Below, piece by piece: positions 28,512-36,667 of a stretch of DNA of 64,000 bases. The notes below the pieces were generated by a model. The model saw only the letters and a list, made by a program, of their open reading frames with translations. It had not been told where the DNA came from and searched no databases. The first letter of the stretch is position 1; each line of letters begins with the position of its first letter. This stretch comes from Bdellovibrionota bacterium FG-1 (GTDB lineage: Bacteria > Bdellovibrionota > UBA1018), in contig JBBCAW010000008.1 in the NCBI GenBank assembly GCA_051382295.1, forward strand, positions 128,001 to 192,000. Reading direction: 5' to 3'. The position numbers and the translations under genes were made by a program.

Positions 28512-29672
28512 TTAAACGAGTTCTCTAAAATCCAACGGAATACGAATCAAAAATGCGGCCCCTTTTCCCACTTCACTCTCCACCACCACCGAAGCCTGAA
28601 GTTTGGAAAGAATTCCATAGCTCAAGCTCAGCCCCAGCCCCATTCCTTTGCCCACCTCTTTGGTCGTGAAGAAGGGATTAAACACTTTGCTCTTCGTGCG
28701 CTCGGACATCCCAACGCCGTCATCCTTGAATGCCACTTCTACAAATTTTTCAGTGAATCGCGTTCGAATGGACACGGATCCGCGCCCTCTGCCGGTCGCA
28801 TCGATTGCGTCACGGGCATTAGTCGCCAGATTGATGAACACCTGCTCAAGCTGAAGGGGATTGGCGTAGACTGGAGGAATATTCGCCTGAAAATCACGCA
28901 CCACTTCAATGCCCCGGACAGTAAATTGTCGGGCCAGCATTTTGAGGGCCTCATCAATTGCCTGATGAACGTCCGTGAGTTCATAATTTTCGTTCGATTT
29001 ACGAATAAAGGCCCGCATATGTTCGATAATTTGGGCCATTTTATCCACACCCGAAATAATCTCCCGAAGCGCTTCGTCCTGCTGACCTGCGCCTCCCTGA
29101 AGTTCTTGTGCGTAACCGCGAATGGCCTGAAGCGGTTGGTTGAGTTCATGGGCGATACCCGCCGCTAGCTCACCCAGCGCCGCCATCTTTCCAGATTGAA
29201 CGAGCGTTTCTTGCAACGCTTGCAGCTCGGCATTTTTACGCTCCAGTTGAAGGTAGGCATTGCGCAGCTCCGTATGCTTTGTGATGAGCTCGCGTTCCAT
29301 GCGTTTTTTTTCGGTCACATCCCTGAACAACGCCAGCGCCAGCGGCGCGGCCCCGTTGGGCACCAAACGAACGCTCAAATCGACAAATCTCACATAACCA
29401 TCTTTTCGAATGACTGCGACGTCCTCATACGTCCCCGGCGTCTGCAACAACACCTGGGTCAACGGACGGCCATGCAGCTGCCCCCCTAACTTCTCCGCGG
29501 CAGGGGTTAAGATCGAGATATCTGCCCCCACCAGCTCCGCCTTGAGGTAACCCGTCATTTCTTCCACGGCCTGATTAACGGCGTCCATCCGCCCGTTTTC
29601 AAAAACGGTGATGATCGCATCTGAGGCGTGATCAAATAAAGTTTCATAGGAAAGTTGCCTAGCGGTAGACAT
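28512..29672 (-). CDS. Cytoplasmic PAS-domain sensor histidine kinase
   Basis: PAS, AHELNQPL, NLATNA, DDGVG, FFTTK, GMGLGL; no TM helix. Confidence 0.93.
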   Translation of the reverse strand: MSTARQLSYETLFDHASDAIITVFENGRMDAVNQAVEEMTGYLKAELVGADISILTPAAEKLGGQLHGRPLTQVLLQTPGTYEDVAVIRKDGYVRFVDLSVRLVPNGAAPLALALFRDVTEKKRMERELITKHTELRNAYLQLERKNAELQALQETLVQSGKMAALGELAAGIAHELNQPLQAIRGYAQELQGGAGQQDEALREIISGVDKMAQIIEHMRAFIRKSNENYELTDVHQAIDEALKMLARQFTVRGIEVVRDFQANIPPVYANPLQLEQVFINLATNARDAIDATGRGRGSVSIRTRFTEKFVEVAFKDDGVGMSERTKSKVFNPFFTTKEVGKGMGLGLSLSYGILSKLQASVVVESEVGKGAAFLIRIPLDFRELV

Positions 29673-30579
29673 TCAGGAATGCACCCGCCCTTTCCATTCC
29701 GGCCATCAACTCTTGCTCGATTTGCGGAATGACCTCAGCACTCAATCGGATATTATGCAAAAGATCAGGGGTGATCTGGCCCCCCGAACAATCTCCCGAA
29801 TGTCCGATATTATTTTTAAGACAAATTTGATTAGCAAGCCTCACCACGTGCACAAACGGCTTAGCCGACGACAGAATACTATCCATTTTACTGACGTCAA
29901 AATGATGATAGCGAATCGCCAGTCGGATCGTCTGAGGGAGCCCCCACTTGGCGGCGAGGAGTTCCCCCATGAGAGAATGCCCGGGCAGATCCATTTTCCT
30001 TTCAACCTCTAAATAAGACTTCTGGCTGCTCCGGGCCTTGCTCACGACTTCAATCAGACGATGGCGATCTACCTGATAAAGCGCGAGTTTTCCGACGTCA
30101 TGGAGCAGCCCACAGGTAAAGGCCTCTTCGGGCTTTTTGAAAGAGAGCTTTTTAGCCAGAATCTCGCTACAAACCGCGGTACCGAGCGCATGCCTCCAAA
30201 ACTCGACAATCGAAAATACTTCGGTTTCTTCTGAAGAAAATACCGAAAAAACAGAAAGCCCCAGAACCAATTGCGCGAGCGTATTGAATCCCAAAAAGGC
30301 CAGTGCCCGTTGCACATCGGCGACGCCGCCCGGAATGGCATAATAAGCGGAGTTCACCAGCCGCAAGACCTTGGCTGTCAGGACCTGATCGTTTCTCATG
30401 ACCTCGGCAATGTCGGCACCTGAAGATGCGGGGTTGTCGATCAACTCATTGACCTTTATCGCCACGGTAGGCAACGTTGGAATGTCACTCAACTTGGCGA
30501 GAAGTTCAGAGTATTCAGAATCAGTTTTTTTCTTTGGCGCACGTTGCCCCATGATTGTCTTTTCGGACACATGAGTCAT
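29659..30579 (-). CDS. HDOD domain protein
   Basis: IPTLP, DQVLTAKVLRLVNSAYY, FWRHA, GLLHDVGK, WGLP, YHH; start set at ATG 30579. Confidence 0.92.
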   Translation of the reverse strand: MTHVSEKTIMGQRAPKKKTDSEYSELLAKLSDIPTLPTVAIKVNELIDNPASSGADIAEVMRNDQVLTAKVLRLVNSAYYAIPGGVADVQRALAFLGFNTLAQLVLGLSVFSVFSSEETEVFSIVEFWRHALGTAVCSEILAKKLSFKKPEEAFTCGLLHDVGKLALYQVDRHRLIEVVSKARSSQKSYLEVERKMDLPGHSLMGELLAAKWGLPQTIRLAIRYHHFDVSKMDSILSSAKPFVHVVRLANQICLKNNIGHSGDCSGGQITPDLLHNIRLSAEVIPQIEQELMAGMERAGAFLNVYR

Positions 30580-30656
30580 TTCCTTTACTTTCTTTACAGT
30601 TTTATTATCAGGTATTTTTAGTGAGTCATAACGGGTGGTTAATAAGGTAGAAACCG

Positions 30657-30672
30657 GGGCATGTTTTGTGCT
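30657..30672 (+). promoter_or_regulatory. Candidate sigma54 promoter
   Basis: GGGCATGTTTTGTGCT = GG-N10-GC, 46 nt upstream of ATG 30719. Confidence 0.55.
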
Positions 30673-30718
30673 TTCATTACAGACAACAAACCTCGTAAAA
30701 AAACCGGAGACAAGATCC

Positions 30719-31051
30719 ATGAAAAAAATTCACCTTTTATTATGCGCCCTTTCGATAGTGGGAACTTCGGCGCTCGCCGCGGACAAAACGGCTCAAGCAC
30801 CGGCCACTGCCAAACGGCCAGAACCCACCGCCGAACAACGGCAGAAGATGGCCACCCTTCATGAGAAAATGGCCGCCTGTCTCAGGACCGATCGAAAATT
30901 GTCGGACTGTCGTCAAGAAATGATGAAAAGCTGCAAAGAACAAATGGGTAAGGACGGGTGCCCGATGATGGGAAGAGATGGAATGCATCATCATGGAATG
31001 GGTATGGGCCACGATAAGATGACTCCGCCACCTGAAGCGGCGAAGAAGTAA
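30719..31051 (+). CDS. Small secreted Met/His/Cys-rich protein
   Basis: RBS GGAG, signal MKKIHLLLCALSIVGTSALA, HEKMAACL...CRQEMMKSC...CPMMG...MHHHGMGMGH. Confidence 0.8.
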   Translation: MKKIHLLLCALSIVGTSALAADKTAQAPATAKRPEPTAEQRQKMATLHEKMAACLRTDRKLSDCRQEMMKSCKEQMGKDGCPMMGRDGMHHHGMGMGHDKMTPPPEAAKK

Positions 31052-31054
31052 GGG

Positions 31055-31350
31055 CTAGGCCGCAGGCTCGACTTCAACCCGGTACTTTAACCCAGCAGAA
31101 CGCAAACTTTCCTCTATTGAAAGCCGCACTAAGAGCGCTGGAGGAACTCCAACCGTTAGAGCGATTTGTTCTGCTTTTTCGGGGCTCACGCCTTTTCGCC
31201 CTTTTTCGATATCACAAAGATTTGCGACCGAAAGACCGACAAGTTTGCCAAAATATTTGAGGGTCATTTCCTCAGACACCTGCCAAGTATGCAAAAATTC
31301 GCCTACCGTAAGCGCGCCATAATATTTATCCAAATCCTTAAACAAGTCGA
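31055..31350 (-). pseudogene. XRE-family HTH (HigA-like antitoxin), 5'-truncated
   Basis: LTVGEFLHTW...LSVANLCDIEKGRKGVSPEKA; no plausible start before it merges into the antisense strand of the HNH gene. Confidence 0.6.
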
Positions 31351-31969
31351 GTCCCTCAGTCAGCGTGAGTGTGAGGTTAAGCTTCACGATATTTCGCCGG
31401 AAATTCTCCCTCAAGAACGGGAACGTATCGTGTCTGCCAAGAAGGATCACGCACTAAAACTCGTGATCTCGGACGAGGTCTTCGAAAATTTGCAGCGAAT
31501 CAAGTCCCTCCTCGCGCACACAAAGCCCAACGCCAGTTATGCTGAACTCATCGAGTACCTGGTCAATGAAACCCTGTTCCGTCTTGAAAAGAAGAAGGGC
31601 ATTATGCCTGCGGTGAATTCTACCGCCGCTGTGGCGGTGACCGAGAAAACCACTCTACTTCCCACAGATCCCTTGCCTGAGGGCCAGCGTGTTTATCTAC
31701 CTGTAGCGCTCAGGCGTCAGGTTTTCGCTCGATCGGAGGGCCGGTGCGAGTACACCCACGATGGCAGGCGATGTACCTCGCGTTATGCCCTTGAATTAGA
31801 CCATGTCACACCGCTGGCGCTTGGGGGATCTAACGAGCCCTCGAATTTAAGGGTGCTCTGCAAATCCCACAATTTACAACAGGCGGCGGCAAATCAGGTC
31901 TTTGATTCATACAAAATCAAGAGAGGTCGGTTCCACGATGGAGGGCTCTTGGACGAGCGCTCACATTGA
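31331..31969 (+). pseudogene. HNH endonuclease, 5'-truncated
   Basis: RCEY...CTSRYALELDHVTPLALGGSNEPSNLRVLCKSHN; upstream part of the ORF is just the antisense of the XRE gene. Confidence 0.65.
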
Positions 31970-31970
31970 G

Positions 31971-32012
31971 AAACAAAAACCCCGGACTCTCGGCGTTTTG
32001 AGAAATCCAGGG
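31971..32012 (-). terminator. Intrinsic terminator
   Basis: Minus strand CCCUGGAUUUCUC-loop-GAGAGUCCGGGG followed by UUUUUGUUU. Confidence 0.7.
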
Positions 32013-32050
32013 CCAAAAATTGCTGAATTCAAGCGATCATCCAATAATTT

Positions 32051-33118
32051 TTATTTTTTGCGACGTTGATAAAGGCAATTGCTATTAACCACGTATTTAT
32101 TGGCACGGTGATTAATATTGTAATCAACAACCTGAAGTTTACCGGGAGAAATGGAGATTAAATCGATTCGATCATAAATAGCCTTACCCAGAAGCGACGG
32201 AAGCGGAATTACGCCAAATAATGCTTCAGCACACCGCTCCTTTTGCATCAAAACAGTGCGATTCCCTTGAACTTCAATTATTGCTTGGGTCGTGCAGTTT
32301 GTAATTCCATTTTGAGTCTGCTGCGATGGTCGCGATATTTCCACAGGCTTATAAATTCCATACCTATGAGAGAAAAAAACAAACTCATCTTCGTCGATAT
32401 TCAATGAAATATGCATCTCCGAGTTACAGTATGCTCCTTGAGAAGCCACCAAATCATATTCGCTTACTAAAGTCGCAGGTTGGATTGAAGTACTCGCTAC
32501 TTCTTTCACCGCCAACCGCAACACCGTCTCCGGCACAAGGTAGTCCGTGATCTGGTTCGAAACCCCATAATCCGAAGACGCGCCCACGTTCTGTTCTGCT
32601 CCTGCTAGCCCAGCAAACTCGTGATGCACCAATCGATATTGCTCAGCCTGCGAAGCCGCCGCAAAGCGTTCGGTGTTACAAAGCAAATGAGGCAATGGAT
32701 CACCATAGGCAACAAAGCCACGGCAAGTCTTTGGCTGACCATCGACACTCACTTTAAGATTAGGATCAAAGGTTTTACTTTCTTGATCCGTGGTCACAAA
32801 CCCTATCACCACTGCGTGAGGAGCAAGAACCTCGGTCATCGAAGATCGATATGATTCATAGCTCAATCTTTGGGGAAACTTAAGCCCTTGCCCGCCACCG
32901 GCGCTGATCCACTTGAGAATATCCGCACGAATCTCATCCACTCGAGGTTCAGATGCATCTCCCCCACCACCCACTCCACTCCCACCACCTTCACGGGCAA
33001 AGACCGGGGACTGCGCTGCGATCAGCAGTGAGGCCGCCAAACTCAGACTCGTGGCCAGATTTAAACTCAACTTTTTATTTTCATTAATTACAGTTTTCAT
33101 TTTCATTTTTCCTTTCAT
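32051..33118 (-). CDS. Secreted hypothetical protein
   Basis: Signal peptide then REGGGSGVGGGGD; LVHHEFAGLAGAE motif; several possible starts (MKGKMKMK). Confidence 0.8.
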   Translation of the reverse strand: MKGKMKMKTVINENKKLSLNLATSLSLAASLLIAAQSPVFAREGGGSGVGGGGDASEPRVDEIRADILKWISAGGGQGLKFPQRLSYESYRSSMTEVLAPHAVVIGFVTTDQESKTFDPNLKVSVDGQPKTCRGFVAYGDPLPHLLCNTERFAAASQAEQYRLVHHEFAGLAGAEQNVGASSDYGVSNQITDYLVPETVLRLAVKEVASTSIQPATLVSEYDLVASQGAYCNSEMHISLNIDEDEFVFFSHRYGIYKPVEISRPSQQTQNGITNCTTQAIIEVQGNRTVLMQKERCAEALFGVIPLPSLLGKAIYDRIDLISISPGKLQVVDYNINHRANKYVVNSNCLYQRRKK

Positions 33119-33142
33119 TCTCTCGATTTATTTTTGAAACAT
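33119..33142 (+). repeat. 24-bp direct repeat, copy 1 (TCTCTCGATTTATTTTTGAAACAT)
   Basis: Exact match to 36523-36546. Confidence 0.9.
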
Positions 33143-33226
33143 TCCGATATAAAGCAGACTCGCGGCGAGACTCAGAACAAAACTCACCACGTTGATTTCC
33201 ACGAACTTAATCACTTGCTTACTCAT
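33128..33226 (-). CDS. Small 32-aa hydrophobic ORF MSKQVIKFVEINVVSFVLSLAASLLYIGMFQK
   Basis: AAGGAG RBS 5 nt before ATG; ATGA overlap with the TIGR02147 stop. Confidence 0.55.
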   Translation of the reverse strand: MSKQVIKFVEINVVSFVLSLAASLLYIGMFQK

Positions 33227-34113
33227 ACAGACTCCTTAGAAACAGCTTGGGTTAAGGGGAAAATTTGTACATTCAGTTGATAAACTTCGTCGCAATCCCC
33301 TTCGGTTGCGAAGGCCGCGAGTTCTTTTTCGAATTCCTGGATTCTGCGCTTGGCCTCTTCCACACGAGAACGGGGAATCGCGATCGTAAGTCCGCTGATC
33401 CGCCGCGCCTGAAACGATGCCTCATCCGTCTTACCCAGCTGATCCAGCGCTTTGCCGATCATTTGGCGATGAAAGCTACGAACCGCCACTTCAGAACGAG
33501 TCGTCGGAAAATAAATCTTGGCTTGCGCCTTACAAAAAATTCCATTTTCGAGACGTGCCAAACCCAAACTGACCAACCGATCCATCGCATCACGCGCCTC
33601 GATCGGACCAATACCTAAGCGGCGGCTGATCCACACCGGATCACTCACAAACCCCTGCGTCGTGCTCAAATCCAGAATTGCGAGATGATACCACTGACTG
33701 ATCGCCTTAAATCTCTCGATCTCAAGATTGATAAAGAGCGGTTCACTTGCCACCTGAGCCGCTAAACCTTGACGACGGGCGCGCTGAATCCTTTTGAGCG
33801 CCTTGGAGTTCTCGGGCAACGCCATGAGCGCGCTCTCAATAAACTGCTCCGCCTTAGCCTTTGAAAAATTCAGAAGAACCGAAATCTGTGTCGCTTGCTT
33901 CAACGTCAGCGGACGCTTGCCGTTAAACACCAAACTCACCAGCGCCTGACTCATTCCAAGATCGCGCGCAAAGGCCCGCGTCGAGTAGGCTGAATTCTTA
34001 GACTTACGCTCCAAAAAGACCTCCCGAAGAATTTCGGAAGGCTTGCGAGGAGTCGCCACCGCTGGGTCCGCGACTGAAAGCCTATTCGAGGTGATGGTTT
34101 GTTGCTCGTTCAT
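33223..34113 (-). CDS. TIGR02147 family protein (HTH + DUF4423)
   Basis: KNSAYSTRAFARDLG...NGKRPLT, WYHLAILDL, FHRQMI, VYQLNVQIFPLT. Confidence 0.9.
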   Translation of the reverse strand: MNEQQTITSNRLSVADPAVATPRKPSEILREVFLERKSKNSAYSTRAFARDLGMSQALVSLVFNGKRPLTLKQATQISVLLNFSKAKAEQFIESALMALPENSKALKRIQRARRQGLAAQVASEPLFINLEIERFKAISQWYHLAILDLSTTQGFVSDPVWISRRLGIGPIEARDAMDRLVSLGLARLENGIFCKAQAKIYFPTTRSEVAVRSFHRQMIGKALDQLGKTDEASFQARRISGLTIAIPRSRVEEAKRRIQEFEKELAAFATEGDCDEVYQLNVQIFPLTQAVSKESV

Positions 34114-34169
34114 AACGAGCGCAGATGTATCGCATCCTAATGCAGTGCGCTATATAATTTTAATCAAAG

Positions 34170-34187
34170 TGATTACAAATGTAATCA
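34170..34187. promoter_or_regulatory. Perfect palindrome, candidate operator
   Basis: TGATTACA-AA-TGTAATCA in AT-rich DNA 56 nt upstream of the TIGR02147 start. Confidence 0.65.
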
Positions 34188-34259
34188 TGAGGAAAAAATC
34201 AATTAAATTCATCTAGTTAATACCATTAACCCTACCCAGTCTAAATCTATACACCGCTC

Positions 34260-34350
34260 TTATTGACGAGAATCTCCAAAAAACATACTGAGGAATTGAG
34301 AAAGGGTGGGGGCGATCTCAATCATTCGATCATCACCGGATTTAGATGAA
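34260..34350 (-). pseudogene. Possible tyrosine-recombinase remnant
   Basis: Reads SSKSGDDRMIEIAPTLSQFL, resembling the K-x-G-x-x-R-x-(V/I) hairpin segment of integrases; very short. Confidence 0.3.
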
Positions 34351-34472
34351 ATGAATGTGACTCTGGCAGCTTCATTTCTATAGACCACCACGACATTTCT
34401 ATCGACCATTTCAGCGACTGTCCGATAGAATTTGTCTTTGCTTTTGCCAGGTTACAACCAGCGACCGAACCT

Positions 34473-36164
34473 CTATTGGCCATCACTGCCTTGTCGGTCA
34501 ATAGATTTTTGCAGGCGATAACGGCTCCAGCGACGCTCGCCAGCCTTCATAAGATCGCCGGCCTCTTCCATAGACTTCAGGGATCGACGAAGCGTCCTTA
34601 GGGATATTTCCTGACCAATGCGCCTTTGAATCTCGGATATGGATGACTCTGGGTAGCGTTCGAGATCCTCGATAATCAACGCACGAAGCCGGTGCGGTTG
34701 TATTCGCGTTAGAGTCGTCCGCCGATCAAGTCCAGCGCGGCGCAAGAGGTCAGGGGGCACAAAATACCGCATCGCACTAGTTCTTCCTGTCCGCTGCACC
34801 AACCCTAAGTCAACGAGTCTGTCGATCCAGCCGCGCAACGAAACCGAATCATCCCCAAGCTCTAGGCTGCGGGCGAATTCTACGGCAGAAAGTCCGTCAC
34901 CCTGGGCGAGAAGTGCGAGAGCAATACGTTCCCTTTGCGTAAGTTGGTACTGTCGGTCCACCTCCGAGATAAACGCAATCACCTCAGGCCTCATGACACG
35001 CCTTGGGATCGTTACATGGACAGAGTCGGTCCCTTCCCTGGCGGTTGGTGCAGATCGCCCACTGGTGAGAAGGCGCTCGTACATCAAATCAAACCCGCTA
35101 CCCTCGCGTTCCATAAGTTTGAGATCATGAAAAACCCGGGCAAGGGCGTCGTTTCTCCGCCGACTTGAATGAAGAATGTTCCGCGATGTTACACCAAGAG
35201 GCAGGCGTCCTGGATTGACCACTTCCAAGCGATCTGGATGAAGATTCAGAAATATATCGCCGCGCTGAGTATATGGTCGGTGCACAAACGCATTCACAAG
35301 CAATTCGCGAACGACCACCTCATCAAACGCGGGGATCGTCGTGCGCAACATACCCTCAGGAAGCTCGTAGCTTTCACGAAAATCTGGAATCGAGCTCCAA
35401 ACAGCATCCAAAAGTTCAAGCGGTGAAAGTGTATTATCATCCCAAACAATCTTGTGGACCTTGACCCCCTGCTCGTCATACTTGATGGCTTGAACGATTG
35501 GAGCGACACCCAGCTTTGCGCGATCTGACGCCCTTCCCAGCAACAGCAGTCCAAGGTTTGTAAGCAATCCAGATGTCATAAGTCCGTAATGATCGAGAAG
35601 CTCGTCATTCGATTTTTGTTTGACCGATGCCTTGACCCGATCTGATGCGCGAATTTTAGAAACCAGCTCATTGACCTTGGTTGGATCTGCGGAATCACGT
35701 ACCACGCCTAATGCGGTCATCATCTCCCATGGAGTCGCCGGCCGTTCATCGGCAAGACGAAGTACGGCGTCACCAACGATCGGACTACAGGTATCGCCAA
35801 TCCGCAGAAAGTAACGGCCATCACTGGTCGAGGCCACCCCCGGAGAGCGAGATACTGTCAGGCAAATGTAAGATCCCCCATTTTCATCGACAATAATCTC
35901 CGGCAAAATCTGAACGTTAACCGTCAGCTCTCCAATTCTTTTACGCAAACGATCCGGCAAGGCTTGGTCAATCTGCTGTTCAGACGGCGGGTGGTCCATC
36001 CCGTCTTCAATACCACCGAGGATCCGCCCGCCCGCACCGTTCGCAAAGCAAACACAAGTCGCCGCGAGATCACGCAAGTTCGCCCGGTCACCCGTGACTA
36101 GACGAAGCGATTTTCGCTCGACATACTGAGTCTCGGCTCCGCCCGAGTGTCCGACAGCGCTCAT
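34473..36164 (-). CDS. Schlafen/AlbA_2 + HATPase_c_4 (RecG C-terminal-like) + winged-HTH protein
   Basis: ETQYVERKS...CFANGAGGRILGGIED; RELLVNAFVHRPY, NPGRLP, RRNDALA, MEREGSG; start 36164 by ATGA overlap. Confidence 0.85.
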   Translation of the reverse strand: MSAVGHSGGAETQYVERKSLRLVTGDRANLRDLAATCVCFANGAGGRILGGIEDGMDHPPSEQQIDQALPDRLRKRIGELTVNVQILPEIIVDENGGSYICLTVSRSPGVASTSDGRYFLRIGDTCSPIVGDAVLRLADERPATPWEMMTALGVVRDSADPTKVNELVSKIRASDRVKASVKQKSNDELLDHYGLMTSGLLTNLGLLLLGRASDRAKLGVAPIVQAIKYDEQGVKVHKIVWDDNTLSPLELLDAVWSSIPDFRESYELPEGMLRTTIPAFDEVVVRELLVNAFVHRPYTQRGDIFLNLHPDRLEVVNPGRLPLGVTSRNILHSSRRRNDALARVFHDLKLMEREGSGFDLMYERLLTSGRSAPTAREGTDSVHVTIPRRVMRPEVIAFISEVDRQYQLTQRERIALALLAQGDGLSAVEFARSLELGDDSVSLRGWIDRLVDLGLVQRTGRTSAMRYFVPPDLLRRAGLDRRTTLTRIQPHRLRALIIEDLERYPESSISEIQRRIGQEISLRTLRRSLKSMEEAGDLMKAGERRWSRYRLQKSIDRQGSDGQ

Positions 36165-36403
36165 TGTGCCGCGCCACCAACTTCTTCCGTACCAACCGGG
36201 CTTGACGAGCCAAGAATGTCCGGCACACCTGCACCACCAGAACACACCCAGCCGTCGACCTCGGAGGCCTTGAACTTCCAGAGTCGCCCCATTCGGTGAG
36301 CAGGGATCTTTCCTGCATCCAGCCAGCGATAGATGGTTTCCTTGGAAACGCCGAGATGCGCCGCAATTTCCTCGACTGAAAGCCACCGTTCAATATGGGT
36401 CAT
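36161..36403 (-). CDS. Excisionase-family (HTH_17) DNA-binding protein
   Basis: RWLSVEEIAAHLGVSKETIYRW...IPAHRMGRLWKFKASEVDGWV. Confidence 0.9.
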   Translation of the reverse strand: MTHIERWLSVEEIAAHLGVSKETIYRWLDAGKIPAHRMGRLWKFKASEVDGWVCSGGAGVPDILGSSSPVGTEEVGGAAQ

Positions 36404-36522
36404 TAATATAACTATGGGGGACTGCTGGTGACAATTCAAGACTATTTCAGAACCGCTCAGACAAAGACAAATGACGTTTGCCTCGGCAGATGTTGGGCCG
36501 CTCGAATCACTAACCTAACCAC

Positions 36523-36546
36523 TCTCTCGATTTATTTTTGAAACAT
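36523..36546 (+). repeat. 24-bp direct repeat, copy 2
   Basis: Exact match to 33119-33142; IHF consensus AATCAAATATTTA at 36564-36576. Confidence 0.9.
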
Positions 36547-36606
36547 CGTAAAATAATGTATGAAATCAAATATTTATGATCATGGTAGTTTGTTAGCGTT
36601 TTCTTC

Positions 36607-36635
36607 TTGCCACGATACTGTGTTCACAGTATTGT
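36607..36635 (+). promoter_or_regulatory. Sigma70 promoter with palindromic operator in the spacer
   Basis: TTGCCA-N17-TATTGT enclosing ATACTGTG-TT-CACAGTAT (36615-36632). Confidence 0.7.
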
Positions 36636-36667
36636 AAATTCGTAAAAAACATCATTTGGGATGGCAC

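Noticed and set aside
36165..36386. N-terminal 74-aa extension of the AlbA_2-ATPase ORF
   Set aside because: Overlaps the Xis-like gene; ATGA coupling at 36164 is the better start.
36615..36632. LexA/SOS box (CTGT...ACAG)
   Set aside because: Spacer is 4 nt, not the 8 nt of the E. coli-type box; treated as a local operator instead.
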